From assembly GCA_044372405.1 (NCBI GenBank), contig JBILRW010000002.1:6862-70861 (forward strand): a stretch of DNA of 64,000 bases, written 5' to 3'. Position numbers and translations under genes: made by a program. Source of the DNA: Alphaproteobacteria bacterium. GTDB taxonomy: Bacteria > Pseudomonadota > Alphaproteobacteria > JAJTHO01 > CANGYM01. The notes beneath the pieces were generated by a model. It was not told the origin of the DNA, ran no database searches, and saw only the letters and a program-made list of their open reading frames with translations. Shown here in pieces: positions 20,737 to 28,258 of this stretch (position 1 is the stretch's first letter; each line of letters starts with the position of its first letter).

Positions 20737-22125
20737 TCAAGATTTTGGCAAAAAATCCTCACCTTGAACCGCCAGGCCCACGTCTTGCAACTGAGTGATC
20801 AGGGCTTTCACCAAGGCGGGCAAACCACCCGCCGTCATGGATTCGCAGCGAACACTGAGCGCCGGTTGCGTGTTGCTGGCGCGGGCCAGCCACCAACCCT
20901 GCGGCGTTTCCACGCGAATGCCGTCAATGGTCAGGCAGGAAAGACGTTTGGATTCAATGTGCTGACGCAAGATGTCAATAATGGTAAATTTTTGATCATC
21001 GGGACAAAACACACGAACCTCTGGCGAAGCATGAGAGGGGGGCAATGCGGCAATCTGAGCGGACAGAGGTCCGCCCGCCAGGGTTTCTAAGGTCCGCAGC
21101 GCCGCATACAGGGCGTCATCATAGCCAAAATAACGATCCGCAAAGAAAATATGTCCGCTGCCTTCACCCGCAAATAAAGCGCATGAGGTTTTCATTTTGG
21201 CCTTCATATGGGCATGACCCACCATCCAGATGATGGGGTGGCCGCCGTTTTTTTTCACATCATCAAAAAACAAACGCGATGTTTTCACATCCCCCAGCAA
21301 CGTCGCCCCGGGATGATCCGCCAAAACATTCCGGGCCAGTAAGGTGAGCAGCGCATCGCTGCCAAGAATCTTTCCCTGATCATCCACAACGCCCAAACGA
21401 TCGCCGTCCCCGTCAAAGGCCAGGCCCACATCGGCCTTGTGCGCCAAGACAGCCTGTTGCAACTGCACCATATTATGGGCATCACTGGGATCCGGATGAT
21501 GGGCCGGAAAGGTCCCGTCAATGGCATCGTTGATCAAAATATGCTTTCCTGGCAATTGCGCAACCAAAGCCCGAATCACATCCCCCGCCGCGCCATTCCC
21601 AGGATCCCAGACACAGGTTAGGGAGGTGGGGAGGCGATGCAGATGTGTAGCCATCAGGAGCGCCTGAACATAGTCCCCCTGCAAAGAAACAGAAGTTATG
21701 GCGCCCTGTTGCGGGGTGGGGGTCGCTTTTTCCATCACATCATGCAGCGCCAGCAAATCATCCCCATAAAAAGGATGCTGGTCCACAACACACTTAAAGC
21801 CGTTGTATTCTGGGGGATTATGGGATCCTGTCACCATAATCGCTGAAGAGGCCCCCGTTTTGTGGGTGCCGAAATACGTCATGGGTGTGGGGCCGACGCC
21901 GATATTAAGGACGTTGATGCCCCCCTCAGAAAAGCCGCGGCGCAATGCCTCCGCCAGCATGGGCGAATGCAATCGGCCATCATAGCCCACCGCAACGGAA
22001 GAAAGGCTACGCTTCCTCAACATTTGCGCATAGGCCAGGCCTAGACGATGGGCAAAACCCGCCGTGATGGTTTCCCCCACAATCCCCCGGATATCATACG
22101 CCCGAAAGACGCTGCGGTCCGTCAT
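20737..22125 (-). CDS. Phosphomannomutase/phosphoglucomutase
   Basis: FRAYDIRG, active-site VTGSHNPPEYNGFK, and the metal loop FDGDGDR. Confidence 0.92.
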   Translation of the reverse strand: MTDRSVFRAYDIRGIVGETITAGFAHRLGLAYAQMLRKRSLSSVAVGYDGRLHSPMLAEALRRGFSEGGINVLNIGVGPTPMTYFGTHKTGASSAIMVTGSHNPPEYNGFKCVVDQHPFYGDDLLALHDVMEKATPTPQQGAITSVSLQGDYVQALLMATHLHRLPTSLTCVWDPGNGAAGDVIRALVAQLPGKHILINDAIDGTFPAHHPDPSDAHNMVQLQQAVLAHKADVGLAFDGDGDRLGVVDDQGKILGSDALLTLLARNVLADHPGATLLGDVKTSRLFFDDVKKNGGHPIIWMVGHAHMKAKMKTSCALFAGEGSGHIFFADRYFGYDDALYAALRTLETLAGGPLSAQIAALPPSHASPEVRVFCPDDQKFTIIDILRQHIESKRLSCLTIDGIRVETPQGWWLARASNTQPALSVRCESMTAGGLPALVKALITQLQDVGLAVQGEDFLPKS

Positions 22126-23621
22126 GATGAGGATTTGGGATAAGCCGCAAAAAAGCGCTCCATCAAATGCACCCCAAAGCCGGTGGCGCCTTTGGGGGCC
22201 AGGTCTTTACCGTTTTTGGATGCCGTTACCCCGGCAATGTCCACGTGGGCCCACGCCACATCTTTTTGAATAAACCGCTGCAGAAACTGGGCGGCGGTGA
22301 TGCTGCCCGCACCACGGCCCGATCCGATATTACGCATATCGGCAATGGGGCTGTTCATGTCTTTATCGTATTCCTCGTTCATGGGAAAGCGCCAAACGGG
22401 TTCGTTGGCATCCTTTGATGCGGCAAACAGGGCATCAGCTAAGGCATCATCATTGCTGAACAGACCCGCCGTTAAGTCGCCCAAGGCCACAACAATAGCG
22501 CCGGTTAACGTGGCAAAATCAATGACGGTTTTGGGTTTAAAGGTTTCCTGGGCGTACCACAGGGCGTCACTCAGCACCAAACGGCCTTCCGCATCGGTGT
22601 TCAGCACCTCAATGGTTTGACCGGACATGGACGTCACAATATCTCCGGGACGTTGGGCCGTACCTGAGGGCATATTTTCCACCAATCCCACAACGCCCAC
22701 CACATGAAACGGCGCCTTTTGCTCCGCCAACATCTGTAATGTGGCCACCACAACGGCCGAGCCGCCCATGTCCCATTTCATGTCCTCCATATTGGCCGCC
22801 GGTTTAATGGAAATTCCGCCGGTATCAAAGGTCACGCCCTTGCCCACCAACGCAATGGGGCGATCGTCTTTTTTGGCCCCTTTATATTCCATCACCACCA
22901 GCTGAGATTCCACGGCGCTGCCCTGGCCCACACCCAGCAAAGCCCCCATGCCCAGTTTTTTCATTTCTTTTTCGCCCAGAATTTTCACCGATACCGGCAG
23001 TTTGGCAAAAACATCTTTGATTTTTTCGGCGTAGGTCTCGGGGTTTAAGATGTTTGAGGGTTCATTTTGTAACGTACGCGCCAGATACACCGCGCGTAAA
23101 AAAGCCGATGTTTTTTCAAAACAGACCTCAGCGGCCTTCAGATCATTCACCAAAAATGTCAAAGACGACAATTTTGGTTTTTTGACGTCGGGGCGTTCCT
23201 TGGTGATGTATTTGTCAAAACGATAACTTTTGAGCAAAGCCCCTGCTGCCAGATCGTTGGCCGCATGTTCCACAGAATCCGCCACTGTCAGGGGTGAAAC
23301 CACGGCGCCTGTATCCTGTCCCGACAAAAGATCCGTCACCACTTTGGCCCCGATTTTTTGCAAAGCCAGCGGCGTGAGTTCAGAAGATTTTCCTATGCCA
23401 GCCACAACAACTGTTGTTATTTTTTCTTTTAAAACAATTTTATAAGATGATGTTTTTCCCGTGCTGCCCTTAAAATCATCTTTGAGTAATAATTCTGAAA
23501 TCAGCGTTTGAGCGGCATTATCTAAAACCCTATCCGCCAAGAGGTTTTTATTTTCATCATAAAACACGACAACGGAAGAGGGCGCATCCGGGGCACTCAG
23601 GGAAAAAGAAACGGAAAGCAT
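22122..23621 (-). CDS. pepA: Leucyl aminopeptidase (M17)
   Basis: NTDAEGRLVLSDAL signature. VGKGVTFDTGGISIKP. Confidence 0.95.
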   Translation of the reverse strand: MLSVSFSLSAPDAPSSVVVFYDENKNLLADRVLDNAAQTLISELLLKDDFKGSTGKTSSYKIVLKEKITTVVVAGIGKSSELTPLALQKIGAKVVTDLLSGQDTGAVVSPLTVADSVEHAANDLAAGALLKSYRFDKYITKERPDVKKPKLSSLTFLVNDLKAAEVCFEKTSAFLRAVYLARTLQNEPSNILNPETYAEKIKDVFAKLPVSVKILGEKEMKKLGMGALLGVGQGSAVESQLVVMEYKGAKKDDRPIALVGKGVTFDTGGISIKPAANMEDMKWDMGGSAVVVATLQMLAEQKAPFHVVGVVGLVENMPSGTAQRPGDIVTSMSGQTIEVLNTDAEGRLVLSDALWYAQETFKPKTVIDFATLTGAIVVALGDLTAGLFSNDDALADALFAASKDANEPVWRFPMNEEYDKDMNSPIADMRNIGSGRGAGSITAAQFLQRFIQKDVAWAHVDIAGVTASKNGKDLAPKGATGFGVHLMERFFAAYPKSSS

Positions 23622-23741
23622 GGGCGAAATCCTTTAAAGGCCTATAATGATTTTCGTTTGTAGCACGATTCCCGTGGTAGGCAACAGAAAGTCGTGCAGG
23701 CCAAACCATAAGTGATCTTTATGTCCTTGTATTAGGGGCGT

Positions 23742-24068
23742 TGAGGGGCGGGACGGTTTTCTTTGTGGTTCAAGGGGCGAGACGGAAAAAATACCGCAGC
23801 GGCGGCCTCGGTAGAGGGCGGCGCGAGGATGATTTTTTGCGGATCGACGTAGTGAACCCCTTGAACCACAAAGAAAAATGTGGGGGTGGGAGCAACGGCC
23901 CTTTGTTTGAAGAAAAGGCTCCCACCCAGCAGGATTTTGGTGAATATCAAGGGGTACGCGTTGCCTCGCACCAAAAAAGCCGCCGCTGCGCGGCTTTGCT
24001 ACGCAACTTTTTTGGCGTCTCGCCCCTATGACATTCCCCAAAATCCTGCTGCCCTGACCCCGCCTTTT
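23742..24068 (-). repeat. ~325-bp composite palindromic structured element, copy A (reverse complement aligns to copy B)
   Basis: Aligns end to end with 44892-45215 in inverted orientation. Internal helices are 23759-23777/23857-23875, 23884-23893/23918-23927 and 23927-23940/24038-24051. Confidence 0.85.
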
Positions 24069-24072
24069 CCCC

Positions 24073-24264
24073 CTACCCCTCAGACCCCCACAGCGCCGCC
24101 ACACTGTGTTCCATGGGATTGAGAAGGGGCGCCGTTAAGGTTTGTTCCTTCCCCGTTACGGGATTCATGAAGGTTACGGACTGAGCATGTAAATGCAATC
24201 CCGGGGCCAGACGCAGGGGAAGGGGCTCCACCCGACCGTATTTTCGATACCCTTCATTGCTCAT
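24073..24264 (-). pseudogene. C-terminal remnant of an RluA-family pseudouridine synthase
   Basis: KYGRVEPLPLRLAPGLHLHAQSVTFMNPVTGKEQTLTAPL corresponds to the last ~50 aa (LHA..l.F.HP.TG motif) of RluA/RluD-type enzymes. The ~200 aa catalytic part is missing. Confidence 0.6.
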
Positions 24265-25201
24265 GGCCCACGAGGATATGGACTGAGTTTATTTGATTAA
24301 CAGACACTATTTTTTCTTGTTTTATGGAACCCCCGGCGTTTTTAAAAAAGAGGCGCCAACGAAGCCCTTGTGCTTTGATTTCCAAGTGTGGAAGTTCCCC
24401 CGTATTCCACTGAATATAAGAATCTGACGTGTTTATCTCATTTATTTTTTTGTTATTGTACAGGTCTTGAATTCCATCCTTTATATTAAACGCTGCAACT
24501 ATTTTTCCCTCATAACTTAAGGTAAAAAGGCCTTTTTCCTCATTTCCCGATAGGAGGTATTCTTTGCCGTCGTATGTAAGTGTACCTCCTTTACCCTGTG
24601 CGGAAAGGTACTCATAATACCACATTTTCTCATATCCCGTGATGCTAACGGCTAACGAGGCACCACTATCTAACCGAAACGAAACGGCCCCTATTTTTTC
24701 TTTTTCAGAAGGCGAGAGATCCCCTCTTCGATTCCAAACATCAACATAGGGCACTCCAAAAGCGGCCAAAAAATCTTTAGCACTGACCTCTTTTTTATCG
24801 GCAGATAGGGTGGAAGACGGAGGAAGAAACGGTACAAGGGCATCTGCCCGATTTCTGTCGACAAAAAAATCTGCAAAAGAGCTCAACGCCCAAAGCTTTT
24901 CCATGGGAACACGGGATGGATCCTGGGCCTGTTGTCCCACCCCATTTAAAAGCAAGCCTGTGTCTGCTAACGTTGAGACAAGTCGACTTTTTTGATCTTG
25001 AAAGGCGATGTTGCTCACGCTCCACGGCCCAAAAGATCCCACCAGCAACACCAGGGCAAGAATCCGAAGCCCCAGCAAAAGCCGAGATGGGGCGACCAAA
25101 AGCAGGAGATTGGTGGCCAAAAACCAGGCTGGCATCAGAGCGACAAAAAGACGTTGTTCTGTCAAGCCATACGCCACGATCTGTTTACTTGTTGTTGACA
25201 C
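24254..25201 (-). CDS. DUF4153-like membrane protein, apparently N-terminally truncated (possible pseudogene)
   Basis: Begins near a YGLTEQR motif, followed by two TM helices (..GPWSVSNIAF) and a ~230-aa soluble tail. The multi-TM N-terminal half expected for this family is absent. The 3' half is visibly AT-richer than its neighbours. Confidence 0.4.
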   Translation of the reverse strand: MSTTSKQIVAYGLTEQRLFVALMPAWFLATNLLLLVAPSRLLLGLRILALVLLVGSFGPWSVSNIAFQDQKSRLVSTLADTGLLLNGVGQQAQDPSRVPMEKLWALSSFADFFVDRNRADALVPFLPPSSTLSADKKEVSAKDFLAAFGVPYVDVWNRRGDLSPSEKEKIGAVSFRLDSGASLAVSITGYEKMWYYEYLSAQGKGGTLTYDGKEYLLSGNEEKGLFTLSYEGKIVAAFNIKDGIQDLYNNKKINEINTSDSYIQWNTGELPHLEIKAQGLRWRLFFKNAGGSIKQEKIVSVNQINSVHILVGHEQ

Positions 25202-25372
25202 CGGAAAGAGTTTTCCTTGCTATCTTTTACCCCACGGCCTTATAATGAGCGTCAAGGAAAACAGGCGGCGGACGGGGCGTCTGTCCACCGGGTCAGATCG
25301 GAAACGAAGCAGCCCATGCAGAAACGACTGGGTCGTTGCCCTGTTTTCCCCGGTTTCATCAGGCCTTATGTT

Positions 25373-26488
25373 ATGCCGTTATCCCTGAATCATCGGTGTT
25401 TGGCGTTTTTGGACGCTTTGCCCCCGGATCAGCGGCGGCATTTTCCCTCTTATTCTGAAGAAAAGGTTTTGGATTTTACCAGCAATGATACGCTAAACCT
25501 GTCTGGGCATCCGGCGTTAAAGGCCGCCGCCATTCAGGCCATGAAGGATTATGGGGTGGGGAGTACGGGGTCACGCTTACTCAGCGGGAACCATCCCTTG
25601 CATATGGCGGTAGAGGAACGCCTGGCCTCCTTAAAAAAAACAGAATCGGCCCTGGTTTTTGGCGGCGGATTTCATACCAATGCCAGTGTTTTGGTGGCGC
25701 TCGTTTCTTTGCCCCTCTGGCCAAAGCCCCCCCTTTTAATCATGGACAAATGGATTCATGCCTGCTGGCTGCGGGGCGCAGAGGGCGCCCCCGTGGTTCG
25801 CTATCGTCACCAGGACTTTGACCATCTGGAACGCTTGATTCAAAAACATGCTCCCCAACATACCCCCATAATTGTCACGGAATCCATTTTCAGTATGGAT
25901 GGGGATATCACCGACCTGTCTGCCTTGGCCCGTTTGAAGCAGCGTTATCCGGAAAGCCTGTTGATTGTGGATGAAGCCCACGCCACCGGAGCCTGGGGGG
26001 CGGGCCTGGTGTTGCCAGAACATGGCGCCGATATTGTTACCGGCACATTCAGCAAGGCCCTGGGGTGCTACGGTGGTTATGTTGCCTGTTCAGCCGCAAT
26101 CCGAGAGATCCTCATCCAAAAGTGTCCGGGGTTGATTTATGCCACGGCGATGCCCCCCATGGTTCTGGGCGCCGTGGGGGCGGCGCTGGATTTATTGCCG
26201 ACGCTGCAGGACCAGCGGAAGCATCTCTATGTTCTGGCCGAAGAAGCGCGCACGCTTTTGCAAAATCAAGGATGGGATACCGGCCTGAGTCAAACCCATA
26301 TCATCCCCATCATGGTGGGGGATAACGCCCAATGCCTGAACCTGCGGGAGACATTGGCCAAAGAAAATATCGGGGCCTCCGCCATACGCCCCCCCACCGT
26401 GCCCCCGGGGACAGCGCGGCTGCGCCTGTCCCTGCGGGTGGATCACACGCGGGCGGATGTGGAACGTCTGCTACAAAGTCTAAGCTAA
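25373..26488 (+). CDS. bioF: 8-amino-7-oxononanoate synthase (class II aminotransferase)
   Basis: DFTSNDTLNLSGHPAL, DEAHATG, and the PLP-lysine motif GTFSKALG. Start moved to the ATG at 25373. Confidence 0.8.
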   Translation: MPLSLNHRCLAFLDALPPDQRRHFPSYSEEKVLDFTSNDTLNLSGHPALKAAAIQAMKDYGVGSTGSRLLSGNHPLHMAVEERLASLKKTESALVFGGGFHTNASVLVALVSLPLWPKPPLLIMDKWIHACWLRGAEGAPVVRYRHQDFDHLERLIQKHAPQHTPIIVTESIFSMDGDITDLSALARLKQRYPESLLIVDEAHATGAWGAGLVLPEHGADIVTGTFSKALGCYGGYVACSAAIREILIQKCPGLIYATAMPPMVLGAVGAALDLLPTLQDQRKHLYVLAEEARTLLQNQGWDTGLSQTHIIPIMVGDNAQCLNLRETLAKENIGASAIRPPTVPPGTARLRLSLRVDHTRADVERLLQSLS

Positions 26489-26503
26489 GCGCAGCGGTCC
26501 CCC

Positions 26504-26974
26504 TTACCGAGAAAGACGCAAAGACGCCAACGCCCCGCGATGACGCCACATCTGGTCCTGATCGATGAGAAATGTTTCCGGCAAAGCCCTCACGCCGGTG
26601 GACACCGCCAGCGTACCCGCTTCATCCCATAACATTTTTTGATACGGATTCCCGTTTTTTTTCAGCCAAGCCTCTACGGTGGCCTTTTGGTCCATGGTGG
26701 CAACCCCCACCAGATAAAAATCACCGGACAAACCCGAAATCATGGCATGATCCACAATACAGGTGCTGCACCAGCTGGAAAAAAAATGAATCAGGGTCAG
26801 GGGGGCGGCGGGCAGGGGACCCACGGCTTTGAGCAAATCAGCGTAATCGGCGCTCTTCACCGGTTGCATCCCAGTAATCTCTGTGGCAGGGTGCATCGTT
26901 TTTTGGGCTAAAATCAGGGCCAAAAGCAGTAAAATACCAATAAACCCAATGAAAAAGCCGCGATGAAAACGCAT
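26504..26974 (-). CDS. Thiol:disulfide interchange protein, DsbE/CcmG (TlpA) family
   Basis: N-terminal TM anchor, WCSTC redox motif, and ALPETFLID. Start at the ATG at 26974. Confidence 0.75.
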   Translation of the reverse strand: MRFHRGFFIGFIGILLLLALILAQKTMHPATEITGMQPVKSADYADLLKAVGPLPAAPLTLIHFFSSWCSTCIVDHAMISGLSGDFYLVGVATMDQKATVEAWLKKNGNPYQKMLWDEAGTLAVSTGVRALPETFLIDQDQMWRHRGALASLRLSR

Positions 26975-27832
26975 AATTCGGGATGGTTGTTTGTGGATAA
27001 GCCTGTGGGCCTTAGTTCTACTGCTGTGGGCACGCTTGTCAAAAGAAAAAGCGGCTATAAAAAAATCGGTCACTTGGGTACGTTGGACCCTTTTGCCAGC
27101 GGCGTTTTGATTTTGGCGGTGGGGGAGGCCACCAAGCTGATGCCCTTAATCGAAAAACGACGAAAAACCTATGGTGTGACGGCCCAGTGGGGCGTGGAAA
27201 CCGATACCTTGGATTCGGATGGGCAGGTGACACAAACCCTGCCCCATCATGTAACGCCAGAGAAAATTTTGCAGGTGATTCCCCAGTTTTTAGGCGAAAA
27301 ATCCCAAATTCCCCCCCAGTATTCGGCGGTTCACATTGATGGGGTGCGGGCCTATGACCGGATGCGGCAGGGGCAGGCTGATTTTCAAATCCCTGCCCGC
27401 ACCGTTATGATTCATGAAATCACTTTACAGGCCGCGGACCAAAACACAGCCCAGCTAAAAATCATTTGCGAAACAGGGACGTATATCCGCAGCCTGGTGC
27501 GTGATATGGCGCGTGCCTTGGGCACGGTGGGTCATGCGGTGGCCCTCAGGCGTACCGCCGATGGCATGATTGATGACACGATGTTGGTGGGGGCGCGGGA
27601 TCTTTCTTTGCTAACGCCCCTACAGCCCATGGATTCTTTGTTGTCAGAGGTTGAGGCCATCACATTATCCCCAGATCAAGAAACCCATTTTCGTCAGGGT
27701 CGGGCCTTTAGAACGGATTTTCCGCCGGTACCCTGTGAAGACCCTGTTCTGGCCTATGGGCCGGCGGGGCTGCTGGGCTATGGCTTTTATGATCCAGAGG
27801 GGCTTTTTCGCCCCAAGAGAGGCCTTTTTTAG
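26963..27832 (+). CDS. truB: tRNA pseudouridine(55) synthase
   Basis: GWLFVDKPVGLSS and HLGTLDPFASGVLILAVGEATK (catalytic Asp) motifs. Confidence 0.92.
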   Translation: MKTHNSGWLFVDKPVGLSSTAVGTLVKRKSGYKKIGHLGTLDPFASGVLILAVGEATKLMPLIEKRRKTYGVTAQWGVETDTLDSDGQVTQTLPHHVTPEKILQVIPQFLGEKSQIPPQYSAVHIDGVRAYDRMRQGQADFQIPARTVMIHEITLQAADQNTAQLKIICETGTYIRSLVRDMARALGTVGHAVALRRTADGMIDDTMLVGARDLSLLTPLQPMDSLLSEVEAITLSPDQETHFRQGRAFRTDFPPVPCEDPVLAYGPAGLLGYGFYDPEGLFRPKRGLF

Positions 27833-27897
27833 GGGCCTTGTTTTGACACGAAGAAATTGACTTTCAAAAAAGCCTATGATAGCTCATAAACCCTCGT

Positions 27898-27939
27898 GGC
27901 TCGGTAGCTCAGCGGTAGAGCAGGGGAATCATAATCCCT
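27898..27939 (+). pseudogene. Duplicated 5' half of tRNA(CAT): acceptor 5' strand, D-arm and the whole anticodon arm
   Basis: 40 of 42 nt match 28076-28117. The two differences form one compensatory anticodon-stem pair (G-C here, A-T in the full gene). No T-arm or acceptor 3' strand follows. Confidence 0.8.
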
Positions 27940-28063
27940 CGCTCAGCCGCCGTGATACGGGCTGGAAAGAACGACATAACAAAGGCTTACGCCGATGCTA
28001 TGTTGACCAGAAATTTTTGCGGTCATGCCATGGTCATGGGCAGGGTTGCAAAAGACGTTTTAT

Positions 28064-28069
28064 TATAAT
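28064..28069 (+). promoter_or_regulatory. Perfect TATAAT -10 hexamer 6 nt upstream of tRNA(CAT) position +1
   Basis: TATAAT sits at 28064-28069. There is no good -35 at canonical spacing (TTGCAA at 28046-28051 is only 12 nt away). Confidence 0.3.
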
Positions 28070-28075
28070 GAGTTA

Positions 28076-28150
28076 GGCTCGGTAGCTCAGCGGTAGAGCA
28101 GGAGAATCATAATCTCTTGGTCGGGGGTTCAAATCCCTCCCGAGCCACCA
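28076..28150 (+). tRNA. tRNA with CAT anticodon (elongator Met or lysidine-modified Ile2), CCA encoded
   Basis: Cloverleaf: GGCTCGG/CCGAGCC acceptor, GCTC/GAGC D-stem, anticodon loop ATCATAA, GGTTCAAATCC T-loop. It is not an initiator (G1-C72, no 3xGC at the base of the anticodon stem). From memory, the variable region CTTGGTCG resembles E. coli ileX. Confidence 0.9.
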
Positions 28151-28258
28151 TCACCATATAGTCTATACGCGTTTTTATGCTGACAGCCCTTAAGTTAGAC
28201 GCATGCGGGAGAACTTGTTAAAAATCAGGGAAAGAACTGAGCATGTTGATGTAATGTT

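Noticed and set aside
23634-24104. 156-aa ORF (and other track ORFs) lying inside repeat copy A, with similar peptides (…ARRQKSCVAKPR…, …PHIFLCGSRGSLRRS…) encoded by ORFs in copy B (44902-45318, 45051-45290, 44792-45229).
   Set aside because: Peptide similarity simply follows the nucleotide repeat. Indels between the copies shift the shared segments into different frames. Several frames on both strands are open because the region is GC-rich and stop-poor. The peptides are Arg/Gly/Pro-rich low-complexity sequence. I treat this as non-coding repeat sequence.
25217-25372. 52-aa N-terminal extension of BioF from the track's upstream alternative start.
   Set aside because: The extension is Arg/Gln-rich with no homology to the BioF/KBL N-terminus. 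Family-like sequence begins at the ATG at 25373 (MPLSLNHRCLAFLDAL…).
27898-28150. Intron-containing or split tRNA, as in the group I introns found in the anticodon loops of some alphaproteobacterial tRNA genes.
   Set aside because: The upstream copy contains the complete, uninterrupted anticodon stem-loop. The downstream copy is a complete tRNA by itself. The 136-nt spacer is too short and shows no group I core elements. A duplication or att scar explains it better.
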